Positions 25,394-38,766 of a DNA stretch of 64,000 nucleotides are shown here, one piece after another. Positions within the stretch are counted from its first letter, which is position 1. Each line of letters opens with the position of its first letter. The stretch is from Veleropilina oligotropha. Taxonomy: Eukaryota. A program made the translations under genes and the position numbers. The notes under the pieces were generated by a model, which was not told the origin of the DNA, searched no databases, and saw only the letters and a list, made by a program, of their open reading frames with translations. Location of the stretch: assembly GCA_048128005.1 (NCBI GenBank), contig JBEUKZ010000112.1, forward strand, positions 310,001 to 374,000. The letters are read 5' to 3'.

Positions 25394-26844
25394 TACTTAG
25401 CCAAAATGAAAACTTGACACATGTTTTTTTTTAAATAAAATCGGAAAAATTTAAAATATGTGAAAATCAATAACATAACATTGCTGACCATTACACAACC
25501 GTTTGAAAATCGTGAATCTTGATCAGATTGTTCTTGAAATGCACGTGCAGGACGAAATTTTCAAGAAATGTCAATTTCCGCTCTGAAATTGCTACTATAC
25601 ATCATTTCTTCCGAAAGAGACAGTCATTGCGTCGATTCGATAGTGTTTCTACCGAAAAACAAAGAAATTTTTTTGAACTAAGAAATTAATCAATGCCGCG
25701 TCTTTTATGTCAGGACAGGGAGCGCGCCATCGGCAGGTTAGGGGCTGGACAGTCTGTGGCGGAACTTGCGCAAATATTTGGATGCAGTCGACAGACGATC
25801 CACAATCTGAGAACACGTCTCCAAGGAACTGGAACCACAGCAGACCGCCCACATCCAGGTGCCCGACGTGTTACGACTCCAAATGAAGACCAACAAATCC
25901 GGTTACATCATCTTCGGAATCGTTTCGTGACGGCAGCTTCAAACAGTAATGAACTCGTTCAACGTTATGTGACACCCCAGACCATCAGAAACCATCTTAG
26001 AGCTTCTGGCCTTTGAGCGCGAAGACCGTATACAGGATAGATATTGACTCCACTCCATCGACGTCAGCAGGTTGCATGGGCTCGAGAACACCCCAGATTC
26101 ACCCAGAGACAGTGGAACAGAGTCATCTTTAGCGACGAGTCTCGTTTTACACTCAGATTTGCTGATGGACGTGTTAGGGTGTGGCGTAGGAGAAGGGAGC
26201 AGTATGCCTCAGCTTGTGTCAGGGAGATTGACAGGTTTGCAGGTGGAGGTGTCATGGTTTGGGGAGCATTCACAGCTAATGCCAGAACACCCTTGATTGT
26301 CATCCAAGGAAATTTGACGGCAGCACAGTACAGGGATCAGGTCCTCAATCCAGTTTTGTTGCCCTTCTACAGACAACATGGTCCTGGCCTCACATTTCAA
26401 CATGACAATGCTAGCCGCCCTGCTTCAAGCTGCAAATGTTGACGTCATGGACACATCTGGGATGAGCTTGGCAGAAGGTTGAGAAGGCAGCGGGTACAGC
26501 CACAGACACTTCCGGAACTTGGCATGGATCTGATCCACCAATGGCGCGGACTTCCGGTTCGAGTGTTCAGACGTGTTCTGCAGTCCATGAGGAGACGATG
26601 TGTAGCAGTAATGGACGCTCGTGGTGGTCATAATCGCTATTGACGTTCTTCAAATCTTTAATTCATGTTTGTGTTAACTTCAATTTTGAGGGTGTGTCAA
26701 TTCAAACAACTGTGTCTGAAAAATCACTGATTAAAAAACACTTTTTCTTCGTCAATGTGTTAGATGGCTTATTTTCTTAGAATAATTTACAAATTATGTA
26801 CACATCAAATTTAAGAAGTGTCAAGTTTTCAATTTTGCGGAGTG
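25394..26844 (+). mobile_element. Tc1/mariner element (inactive) with TA target duplication
   Basis: 27-bp TIRs TACTTAGCCAAAATGAAAACTTGACAC versus reverse-complemented CACTCCGCAAAATTGAAAACTTGACAC (22/27); TA at 25392-93 and 26845-46. Confidence 0.85.
25693..26643 (+). pseudogene. Tc1-family transposase pseudogene
   Basis: HTH MPRL...RERAIGRL; VIFSDESRF; VMVWGAF; FQHDNA; HIWDELGRRLR; GGHNRY*. In-frame stops at 26014 and 26038. The SPDLNPIE segment is deleted. Confidence 0.9.
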
Positions 26845-27579
26845 TATTTCCAATTAATCAGAATCGTCAATAGAAATGGGAACAATTCGACGAAACACTA
26901 GATCTGAGTGGACACATGCTCAGTCACATAGCGTTATATATGGCGAGCATTTCGTAGCGCCTGATTACTTTGAGGGTTACATGCAGTGGAAGATGGGTTC
27001 AAAAGGCAGTTGGATATTAAGAAAACGGCAGTACCTTCAAAGAATACGAACCCAACAGTAGCAAACTCGGTACGGAGTTTACCTAGCAGACAATTTTCAC
27101 GGCACCCGATCGAAGCGCGAATGCATGTTATTTTCAACGTCGTATTCACTGTCTCCAAATATAACTGCTCGCCAACTAAAATATTTATTTCGAAATGTCC
27201 ACCACTATTGGCTTCTGAACTACATGATTCCATCGCCTCCAGTTCACTCGCCCATTGCCACTCGCTAGTAATGCCACCAGATACTCGCCACGGATGGTTC
27301 CACATGTGACGTCACCTGCCGCGATGAAATGCAATCCAGATTTTTCTCGCTGCATTACCAGACAAGGCGAAGTTTGGTAGCATTTTCAAACAAAATATCG
27401 TTATATACACATATTAGACATGCTATATCATCAGAAACTACACAAACCACTTGTTATGAATAACGAATGCACATTTTATGCCAGGATGTGGACTTTAAGA
27501 GGACATGCAAGCAACTAAAAACCTGATGTGTAAGAAATCGAGGTAGTTAGATCAAGCTCCGCTGACTACGTCACAGCAG

Positions 27580-28156
27580 CGGCACGTCGATTTACCCCAA
27601 TCGACCCCAATCGAACCCCAATCGACCCCCTGTCAACTATAATATACATCCATAATGTGCACATTATGATTTATTTAATTATATTAGGCCCAATTGCAAT
27701 TGCGTACATCGTTTTTTAGTTCGCGGAAGTCGGGATCACAAATATTGAATTCGCGAAACGGTTCTAATTACACGAACTAAATCCAACTGGTAGCATGCAA
27801 ATATGATAAACAATACAAATATATAATGAATTATGTTATCTTTATTTTGTAATAATTATTTTTATTGCGCTAAATAGTGTCCTTGTCGGTTCCGTTGTGT
27901 GCGCAAATCGCAATCGTTTGACGATGCCGCTCCGAAAGCGTTTCACGGCGCCGTTCAACAATACGGCACATTTTATATCTCACATTGAATGCCCGATCAG
28001 GGCTTGAAGCCGCGTCATGGGCAAATATATAAGACATGGAGGTTTTAGTAGTTTTCTACACAACAGTGACAATGCTTATTCGATTGGGGTTCGATTGGGG
28101 TTCGATTGGGGTCGATTGGGTTCGATTGGGGTCGATTGGGGTAAATCGACGCACCC
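27580..28156. mobile_element. MITE with 8-bp TSD (MULE-like) and tandem subterminal repeats
   Basis: Inverted termini CGTCGATTTACCCCAATCGACCCCAATCGAACCC; direct repeat CACAGCAG at 27572-79 and 28157-64. Confidence 0.85.
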
Positions 28157-28411
28157 CACAGCAGAGCTAATAAAAGCTATCATCACATTGGAACCAGTAC
28201 AATTTAATGAAAAGAAAATCGCAAAATCCAAGATTAATCTGACAAATAGTTTAGAGACTATTGGTCGTAAATGCGCTCTTTTCGTGACTGTGTAGCATGA
28301 CTGATCACCCTCTATCGCAAGGTTCGTGCAGATTGATACAAATTTTGCGAAGATATGATCGATATATGATCAAATGATAGACGTTTTTAAATTATTATTG
28401 TAACAGGGCAA

Positions 28412-29263
28412 CATACATGTGATAAACCTAAAACAGCATTCCAGGAGATTGGGGTCAATATTCCAGAAGATTCCAGAAGTATTTTTATCCACGTATTTTA
28501 TCGTTGATTTTGTAATATATTTGTAATTGTTTGCATAAAAATGACATTACTGTACTGTTTTAATCTTTAAAATTGATTTATTAGTATTTGAAATTGATTT
28601 ATTAATATTTTAAATTCATTTATTAATATTTTAAATATATTTAAAATTAAGGTTATTAATCTGAAATTCATTTTCAAATATTTATAAATCAATTTCAATG
28701 AATTATAAAAAATATTAATAAAAACCTATTTTTGTGCACGATGGCTTGCCATAGTTTTCACCAAATTGACAGGTAGCCATTTTGTTTGCGTCCATGTGCT
28801 GTGACATACGTTTTAATTGCATTTTATGATTAAAACTTGATAAATCATGACAAATATCACAGCAAAAGGTATGTTTTTTTAATTAGTTGCCATCATAGAG
28901 TCCATTCATTATATTTATAAGTCAAATAATTCAGCAATTGATCTACTAAGTTTGACAATATGAGTGACCCAATTAGTCAAAGATTGTTGCGTCAGACATT
29001 TTCTCTTTGTTTGAAGATGAATGGCCAATTAAGGAACAATGCTGGCATAGTTAACAGCAATCCCAGTAACATCCTTACTCTTCTGAATTACATTGCAAGA
29101 AAATAATATTGTGGAAATAAATTATACTGAAGAATAAATTGTCTCTGGAGTATTATCTGATTTTGACCGAATTATGCCATTTCCGGAGACTCCCGAAATA
29201 GGTCATTTTGGGGGTGCCGATTCCGGGAGTATTATCCTCCCGGCGGGAGGTATCACATGTATG
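28412..29263. mobile_element. Non-autonomous hAT-like element with 6-bp TSD
   Basis: Perfect 13-bp TIR CATACATGTGATA; GGGCAA at 28406-11 and 29264-69. Confidence 0.85.
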
Positions 29264-29703
29264 GGGCAATATATTAACGAGCAGAAACCTACGCAACTGT
29301 GCTCCAACTAGGTCAATTGAAAATGCACTCGGTGAGAGGTAATTAAAAGCGGACCGCGTTTAATTATTTTTATATATTCAGTAGCGATTAATTTATACGG
29401 TAGCAAATTACTGAAGAAAGTTGACTGTTGAAAATTCCTAACTTTTTATGTTATAATCAAAAAGTGTAATGCGGTTTGTTTTCTTTCTTTTTTAGCGCAT
29501 TTACAGGCAATAGAATTGTTCTTGATTAACGTGAATTATGACTCTATTGGAGAACCTTCAAACCAATAGAGTCGTCCATTAGTATTGCAAATATGCAAAT
29601 TCACTGCCATAAATTGCAATGGTTGGTTGGATTGATGCAAAATGCAAATATATCAGAACTGGTGGAGCTGTTGGGCTAACAATGTTGTTATTGGTTTACT
29701 TAC

Positions 29704-31362
29704 GTTTTATCCACTTTATCCACCCGATGAGGCGATCTTGTCTCTGTTTTGTTTCTGTCTGCGACACCGTTAGGAGAAGTAAAATCCGATTGGCTTGCGT
29801 TTGGTGACATATTCACAGAGTTTTTATCCGTTCGCTTGCATACACTCGGTTGAAAGATCCCCTCCATAAAATCCATGGCTTTCTTGCTGTCATCTTTCAA
29901 GACGTCACTGAGTTTTTTATCACTATCTGCCAGTGCCACAGCTAGTTCCTGAGCCTCTAGATTGCATTCCAACTCTTCCTGCGATGGCATGCGACGATGA
30001 GAGATGACCAATCCAGAATTATTAGGCAAATCAGTAGCAGAAATCAAATCTTCTTGTAATCGTGCCAATATGGAAGGACCACTATATTCAGAATTCGTTA
30101 AAAGCTGATTTTGATTGGGCGGATCAACTCTGCTTTGAGACGAATACCGCATATTCTGGCCAAACTCGTTGCTATTCTGTGGCGAATGTCGGACCTTTCG
30201 AGTTAAATCGAGGCTACTTTGGGGGGAATGTCTGATGGTTCGATTTTGATCGTTATTATTTTTAAGCGAATCTCTTGCTGGTCGACTCTGATCGCTATTG
30301 CTTTGTGGCGAGTGCCTTGCGGTTCGACTTTTGTCTGTGCTATCTTGTGATGAGTGCCTCGCCTTCCGATTAAGTTCGGATACATTCTGAGTGCGAGGTT
30401 GATTAACACTGTCCATAGGATAGCGAGGAGACTTATATTGATCAAAATTATTACGTGGTGATTTCACTTGTTCAGCTGGATCCAGGAGACTACTTTGTGG
30501 CGAATGTTTTGGTAAATCCATAACGTTTTGAGGTGAATGTCTTTCTGGCAACGTCTTGCTATGACTGTTCTGAGGCGAATGTCTTTCTGGCAACGTCTTG
30601 CTATGACTGTTCTGAGGCGAATGTCTTTCTGGCAACGTCTTGCTATGACTGTTCTGAGGCGAATGTCTTTCTGGCAACGTCTTGCTATGACTGTTCTGAG
30701 GCGAATGTCTAGCAGGACCTAACCTTTCGTAGCTATTTTGAGGAGAATGTTTCGGGGCGACTGGTGGCGGTCTCTGACGGCTACCTGGCACATTAGATGA
30801 ATCAAGATCATCTCTTGACCTGGACAACTCTTCATTACCTGTCCTCCTGCAAGAGCTCGCTACAGAATCGAACTGTTCGTTACTTTTTGCGATATACGAC
30901 CGACCGCCGCCGAAAGCGGTGATCCTGTCGCGTATGGAGGGGCTGCCCTCGTTGCTGGGTGCTTTTTGTTCTTGGAATGCCCGTATTTGGGGATGGTGGA
31001 ATGGCTTATCACTTCTAATGTCATTGGTCTGGTGTAATGGACGCACCGTCGCAGTATTGACCGGTCGCACAGAGGACTCAACAGGCTGTAATATTGGCAC
31101 CATTGGTTTTACTGAATTATTATCCAAAGACGAGTCAGAATGAATAGATTCTGATCTGGAATTTGGACTGTTCGATTTTGGGGGATCCGGACTGTTCGGC
31201 CACGACGTGGGACTGGAATGAGTACATGGCACCTCCGAGTTGACGTTATCTCCGTTCACCGATGCATCTTTGATGTTGCCCATCGACTTGGCTCTCTTGT
31301 AGTCTCCGACTTGTCTGCCAACCTGGTTGATCCGATGATACCCATAAGATTCTTCAGAGAAC
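29704..31362 (-). CDS. Shroom: Shroom large central exon (S/P/Q-rich, HSPQ repeats, start of ASD2)
   Basis: 1659-nt open frame, phase 2/2 matching both neighbouring exons, aag..gtaagt. SQEELEC...AQELAVALADSDKKLSDVL...AMDFMEGIF resembles the SD2 lead-in ELA.EI...DKSL..IL...MDLMEGIF. Confidence 0.88.
30533..30710 (-). repeat. Coding 42-bp (14-aa) tandem repeat, 4 near-identical copies
   Basis: (RHSPQNSHSKTLPE)x4, essentially identical at DNA level. Confidence 0.95.
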
Positions 31363-31551
31363 CTTAAAAATAAATACAGTTTTAAGACAAAGGCAAACAT
31401 TGGGATGTCATCAAGGAGATATATGTAGTCACAAAGCCAAAATGCCAGAAGATAAAATACCGTATTTTATCACATATATCAACAGTACATATCAACAGTA
31501 AATGTGAATACTATTACAATTTTCAAGTAGGTAAACCGTTTGCTCTGGATT

Positions 31552-32146
31552 GATGTTTACTGTGCCATTATAACACCCTTCAGATGTTGACTGTGCCATT
31601 ATAACACCCTTCAGATATTGACTGTGCCATTATAACACCCTTCAGATATTTACTATGCCATTATAACACCCTTCAGATGTTGACTGTGCCATTATAACAC
31701 CCTTCAGGTGTTTACTGTGCCATTATAACACCCTTCAGATGTTTACTGTGCCATTATAAAACCCTTCAGATGTTGACTGTGCCATTATAACACCCTTCAG
31801 GTGTTTACTGTGCCATTATAACACCCTTCAGGTGTTTACTGTGCCATTATAACACCCTTCAGATATTTACTGTGCCATTATAACACCCTTCAGATGTTTA
31901 CTGTGCCATTATAACACCCTTCAGATGTTTACTGTGCCATTATAACACCCTTCAGATGTTTACTGTGCCATTATAACACCCTTTAGATATTTACTGTGCC
32001 AATATAAAACCCTTCAGATGTTTACTGTGCCATTATAAAACCCATCAGATGTTTACTGTGCCATTATAACACCCTTCAGATGTTTACTGTGCCATTATAA
32101 CACCCTTCTGATGTTTACTAGCTCTGCCATTATAACACCCTTCAGA
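31552..32146. repeat. 31-bp minisatellite, about 19 copies
   Basis: Unit GATGTTTACTGTGCCATTATAACACCCTTCA, head-to-tail with point variants. Confidence 0.95.
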
Positions 32147-35100
32147 TTCATATTGGGATAAATCCATTTTATCGAGGGAGGAAAGTTCTGTCGCCTGAAA
32201 AAGACCCCACTCATTGTAGCCAGTCAAGGAAAACTGTTGCTGCATGTAAACTGAATCAAAGTGCTGAAGCACTGAAATATCGGAAAGCGAAAGAGTATTG
32301 ATTTCGCAACACGAACATACTTTTTGTCAAAGTTGCAAGCAATAGCTTACGAAGTAGTATTTTTAATAACATACATAACAGCATGGTGGGAATTAAAAAT
32401 AATTAAGCATTGCCATGGACCTTCATGGCAAATCTTATTGCTAGACTCACAATTTTCTTGTCTGAATTTACAGAAAACGAAAGTGCCTAAATGGTTTTAG
32501 ACAATTAAACTTAATGCAGTTATCCTTCGTTTTTTACCATTTACATTACGCCTTTCCATATTATTAATTGCGATAATCATGAAGGAAATATCCCTGATAA
32601 TATACACAAAATGGGATTAGTAAATTGTAATAGTAAATATGATGACTGACAAGCCATCAAATTGTATCCACATGCACCATCTTTTTGGAAGCCTAATAAA
32701 AAATTGACAACCCAAACAAAGATATTAAATACTAGTATCAGTTTATATCACTTCAACCAGTTGTAGCAGTATGCTCCTTATATTTTAAATATAATGGATA
32801 TTTTATTAACTTTCTTTCGATGTAATTGACATATTTAGAATAAAAAATATATACATAAATAATAGTGAAATAATAGTTAATTTATTTTAAACTTGTGTTT
32901 TCCATATTACACATTGTTAGCAAGAAATATATTTCTTGTTTATTATAAGTAGTTGGCCCTTTGCGATCATTAATGACAAGAAATACTATAGAGCTGTGTG
33001 TTTATGGAGTCTGTAATTATTTTATGGCACTGTCACCTTTGGCAGAATTCAATCATTAAATGACCACATCAGTTACTCCTGAACACAACAAATGATTGGC
33101 TTAGCAATCACTGTTCATTGACCAATCCAAGGGAACCACACATGTGGCTGTTCCCTTACATGGAAACCCCCCTCCCCGTGACACTTTTATGAATGGAAGA
33201 ATTAAATATGAATGTAGGCCACCTATTTACAGCAAATGCGAACATTCCCTCAATTGTAATCCCCTGTGAAAACATGTCATTTGCAGATATTTCATCACTA
33301 AACAGCCTTATTTTTGTACACTTTATTATGATTTGCACAAACACAAACACACAAAATTGGTAAAATAGTTTTATTATTACTTTTAAGATGCACCATACAC
33401 TAATTTGAGAGAAAACTCGATAATTTATGCAATAAGCAGATAGTGGGAATAGCCATGCAAATTCTGCCTGTTTACGGAGGCAGTAATATTTTCCAATCGC
33501 AAGCTACATGTACTTTTGAAACAATTATAGTTCAGTATGACACAATGTAAGAGTTTGTTACTAAATAGCATAATAGATATGGGATATTGCGTGTAAATTG
33601 AACAAATTCCATAACAGAAGTGGGTGTTACTTGAAACATCGGATGCACAAGTGGTGAAAGTGACCTAGATTTTTACGGACTGTGATTGGACAAAATGTAA
33701 ATCTGATGAAATTTTCCAAAAGCTAGATATATGTCTCCGACATAATAAAAAATGCCCAATCAACAATTCAAACCCAATTCTGTTAGACAGACAGGTCATA
33801 CGTGTCAGAGACCACCCTCTTAACAAGTCTTATCCACTTGACTACATGTGTGGCAATATTACTCTACAATCTTCACATTAGCTTTATAATGATTAATCTG
33901 TTGCATGTCATTAGCTATACTCAAATTAAAGAGAAGTTCAATTATTTAATTGATTCCCCTTATAAACAAATGTTGTCTAATAAAAATGAACAAGACAGGT
34001 GTTATTGTCAAATTTATAGTAGATTCGTAACAAAAATTCAAGATATTAGTCACTTTCTTACTTGGAATTTCTGTTCACAAATACATTCTAAATAAATGCA
34101 ACTTGGTTCATATTTATAGGTGTGGCTATATTTTGGGAACATCTTCTTGAAAAATCTAACACAATGTCAGTTTAACATAGCAAGCATTGATTGCTGTACT
34201 TGATCAAACATAGTCAGGGGCTGAACCAGGGTTTTAGTTTGGGGCCCCATAGGTAATCGAGTGGGCTCAGAATAGAGAAGTGACCATTGACTCCCCTGAA
34301 GTTTAGATGCTTTGAGAAGCAAGATAATAGATTCGAACATATGGTACTTCATGTATATTAAAATTGACTCTTTACAGTTAACATATATTATATGTTTCCA
34401 ATATTTTCAGGTAACATAACTTGAGAGGGTGACATATATAACTTATGCCACATTGTGTATTCTATATTTTGTAGACGATATTTTTCTTATTAAATATATC
34501 TTAAGACCATTGATTGTCTTAATTATTTTGTGAAAATAATCACCTTGAAAAAGTGTAATAACAGTCCATTTTATTAATTCATAGCACATGACATCAACTT
34601 GATAAATTTTGTATATAAGTAATACTTCTCCCACATAACTTATTATGTTGAAGAGAGGAGGAGCCTCTCTTTCAGAGATGACCACTCTAGCACTCTTTCA
34701 GAGGTGACCACTCTAGCACAATATATCCATATTCCTGTTAGTGAGCGATTTACTTCAAAAATTATGTGTAGCAAATATTGAGTAGCAATTTTATAATATT
34801 GTGTAGCAGTATGTATTTGACATATTGTGGGTACAAACTACAGGATTATGAGCATAATAAATCAATGTAATATTTAATGCATACAATAAAGTTATGTAAA
34901 TCAGTTAGCTAGTATTGTTCATTTGAGGGCTGCATGAAAGACATTATTCCTGAATTGCTATGCCATGTTCACTCAGGGATGTGCCCAGGAATATTCGAAT
35001 GCCGGGTATGATATCTTTCAATTTTTGGCACAGCGGAAATTGTTTACAAATACTACGTATCTCCGAAGCAATTTCCTGTAACCGGACCGATTTAAAAATA

Positions 35101-36614
35101 TCACACCTTTGGATATTCCATTTAACTTTATGATATGAAATTGATGTATTGATGATTACCATAAAAATACATATTAAATCTTTTGACTTATATAATAAAA
35201 TAGCCATTTTTTAAAATTAAGGTACTATTTTCACTATAAAACTACTTTCAAAATAAAAAAAATCATTAGCTATGTGATATATCTATCTAGTTTTCCATTT
35301 TCCGCTGATGGGACATGCCATTTCATGGTCCTTGATATAACTTTGGTGAACCAGAACATAACACATAAGGGAGATAATTTCATGCAAACCAGTCTGTCTA
35401 TAAAACAGGAAGTAATCCGAATTTTACTGGAAGACTACTCTGAGTTTTCCAATGAAAAAACGCGATTATTTAGGCACATGTTGCTATCAGATGCAGCTGT
35501 AAAGGATTATTGATAAATAAACAGACAGGTAACTTTGATACATAGTCAACTAGAAATGTGTCTACCGACACTGAATATGCCCCCGGTATATGTTCAAGCC
35601 ATTGATGCTTCATCACTATATCTGTTCAAAAACATTATAAAAGGAAAAAGATGATGTCGTTTTTCTATCATTCTGCGTAAGTGTAAAGTGCACAAAGCAT
35701 TTGCACAGGCATCCCAACATGCGCGCCTTGTTGATTAAAGATGCTCATTCCGCTTCGTTACTTCATTTACATTACAGAAAACTACAAATGGGATATTATG
35801 TGTATATTTATCCCCTACTCATTTGATGATTCTCAAGTTAAAATGAAGCATAAAGTGTTAATTATTAGATAATAGTTTCAGTCACAGCATAATTTTGGCG
35901 TGAACGGCAGCATTCGAAGCCATTGTATATAACTGGAAGTTCCAATTACGATATGTATCGTATCGGAAGATGATATCGCAATATGTATCGTGATATGCTG
36001 ATGGTGGCGATACCCAGCCCTAGTGGCTATTGATTAACATCGAAAAAGATAAGTGAGTTTATAAATATAACAATTGAGATCAGAAATGAAGTTCCAGAGA
36101 CTATGTTCAAAAATATAAAAAATGAAGTATAAAATAAATATTTTCATTCAACATTCGAACTCATGATAGTTCATACTTATATATATTAGCTTATCATGTT
36201 TGAAGAAGATCGCTATTGATTAACATAAAAAAGATAGGTGAGTTTCTTATAGTACGAGATCAGAAATTATGCTCCAGAGACTATGTCCAAAAGCGTGAAA
36301 GATGTGGTAAAAAATACATATTTTCATTCAATATACGGACTCATGTTAGTTCATACTTATATATAATAGCTTATAAAGATTTAAGAAGATGGCTATTGAT
36401 TAACATCAAAAAAGTTAGGTGAGTTTCTTATAACATGAGATAAAAAATGAAGCTCCAGAGACTATGTTCAAAAACGTAACAAATGTAGTAAAAAATAAAT
36501 GTTTTCATTAAAAATTCGAACTCATGATAGTTCATACTTATATATAATAGCTTAAGAAGTTTGAAGAAGATGGCTATTGATTAACATCAAAAACGTTAGG
36601 TGAGTTTCTTATGA

Positions 36615-36746
36615 GGAGGAGGAATTATGCTTAATGTCCTGTATATTTATAACATCGAGGTTCAAGGCAGGACATGTCCGTGTTATCGCGGGAGGAAACC
36701 CCGGTCGCCGGGTAAACCCGCCCTCTTCGGCCAGTCACGGACAACT
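36615..36746 (-). mobile_element. 5'-truncated family B SINE with 12-bp TSD
   Basis: AGTTTCTTATGA at 36603-14 and 36747-58; GGA-repeat tail. Confidence 0.85.
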
Positions 36747-36770
36747 AGTTTCTTATGACATGACATCAAA

Positions 36771-38766
36771 AATAGACAGCCGCCCGGCTATCAGGAACCC
36801 CAGCCTTATATAGCAATCAGACTGCCATATAAAATCTGTGATCTTGACCTTGCCAGTAGCCCTTGGCTAAATACTGTGCTAACTGTCCATCATGAAGAAG
36901 TTCCAATGAAAAAATAATTTAAAAGAAAATTGCGAGTATATTTAGACCTCTGTGACCTGACCTTTGCCCAAAGGCCATTTTATGTATTTGTTATATGATG
37001 TACTAACCGTAAGGAAATAGTTTGGCCCCAAAAAATAAGAATAAGAAAAATTAAAAAATTCTAAATATAGGACATTTGAAATTTGTGAAGGTCACTACGC
37101 AGAAGACAAATGATATAAATTTACTGCCATGCACAGCTTCGTGTAAAAGGCAACACATCTATAAGAAATTAGAAGGCTAGCATGCTTCGTCTCCGAGCCT
37201 CATAACGCTATTATGGAATTGTGGTCATATTTAATACCGGTATGCAATACCCCTTTATGTGTTAACCTTAGCTCACAGGGCATTTTTATCATATAGTGTA
37301 GTATTTACTAATTATCAAAATATCTAACATCACTTCACTGAATCTCAAAGCATTATGGAGCTCACTAGACCCTCAAACTGACAATGCAATTGCAAACTGC
37401 AACCATAAATCACTGATTCCGGAAGTGGATTCAAAATACATTTATCCCAATGGACAGGACAAGTAATAAAACATTCCACATGTATGGCTGAAGGGATACA
37501 GTATTTAGCAATAATATGCAGCAAAACAATTAATTCAATATTACATACTCCAGTCTCAATGAAAGCATACAATTTCAGATAAATACAACATTGTGCTCTT
37601 TAAATACTGGAGGAAGGGATGCAATTTTGTAGAAGGCTAACATGTTTGGTGTCCGAGAACCGGCCCGGACAAAATTTAAGGGTCAAAGGTCATTGCCGCA
37701 AAGTCAAAGGTCATTCACATGAAATTTCGCCACCATGCACTAGCATATGATAAGGGTAGTTAGCATACCATATGAAATCAAGGGAAGCCGCATTGCAAAT
37801 TGCGAGTATATTTTGACCTCTGCGACCTTGACCTTTGACCAAAGGCCATTTCTCGTATTTGTTATATGATGTACTAACCCTAAAGGAATAGTTTGGCCCC
37901 AAAAAATAAAATAAATTTAAATATAGAAAATTTGTGGTCACTACGCAGAGGTCAAAGGTCAAATGATCAAAATTTTACTGCCATGCACAGGTTTGAAGTA
38001 TAGGCAACACAAAATAAACAAATTAAGAAAAATAAATAATTTTACTGCCAAGCACAGGTTTGAAGTATAGGCAACACACCTAAAAAAAATTAGAAGGCTA
38101 ACATGTTTGGTGTCCGAGAACCGGCCCGGACAAAATTTAATTTAAGGGTCAAAGGTCATTGTCGCAAGGTCAAAGGTCATTCACATGAAATTTTGCCACC
38201 ATGCACTAGCGTATGATATTAAGGGTAGTTAGCATACCATATGAAATCAAGGTAACATGTTTGGTAGCCGAGATATAGGCCGGACAACATTGCAAATTGC
38301 GAGTATATTTTGACCTCTGTGACCTTGACCTTTGACCAAATGCCATTTTTCGTATTTGTTATATGATGTACTTACTAACCCTAAAGGAATAGTTTGGCCC
38401 CGAAAAATAAAAATAAATCTAAATATAGAAAATTGTGAATGTCACTACGCAGAGGTCAAAGGTCAAATGATCAAAATTTTACTGCCATTCACAGGTTTGA
38501 AGTACAGACAACACATTTAAAAAAAATTAGAACGCTAACATGTTTAGTCTCCGAGAACCGGCCAGGACAAAATTTAAGAGTCAAAGGTCATTGCTGCAAG
38601 GTCAAAGGTCATTCACATGAAATTTCGCCACCATGCACTAACGTATGATAAGGGTAGTTAGCATACCATATGAAATCAAGGTAACATGTTTGGTAGCCGA
38701 GATATAGGCCGGACAACATGAACCGCCTGCCCGCCTCGGGCAATGACAAAAAGGCTGGGGTTAAAA
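36771..38766 (+). mobile_element. HINE/pearl-like repeat nested in the 35548-39007 element
   Basis: First about 150 bp nearly identical to 16184 onward; same 3' end gctggggttaaaaa; the host core resumes at atgaagctccagagac. Confidence 0.8.

Larger units (their letters stand above)
25230..27494 (+). mobile_element. Degraded THAP-bearing, Kolobok-like element interrupted by the Tc1 (left end not located)
   Basis: The rejoined sequence reads SMHLFP...W..F..NTRSEW....HSVIYGEHF (THAP-like); gtgacgtcac palindromes near 25282 and 27306; right end ...GGACT followed by TTAA. Confidence 0.5.

Noticed and set aside
31552..32146. CRISPR-like 31-bp repeats
   Set aside because: No spacers; plain minisatellite.
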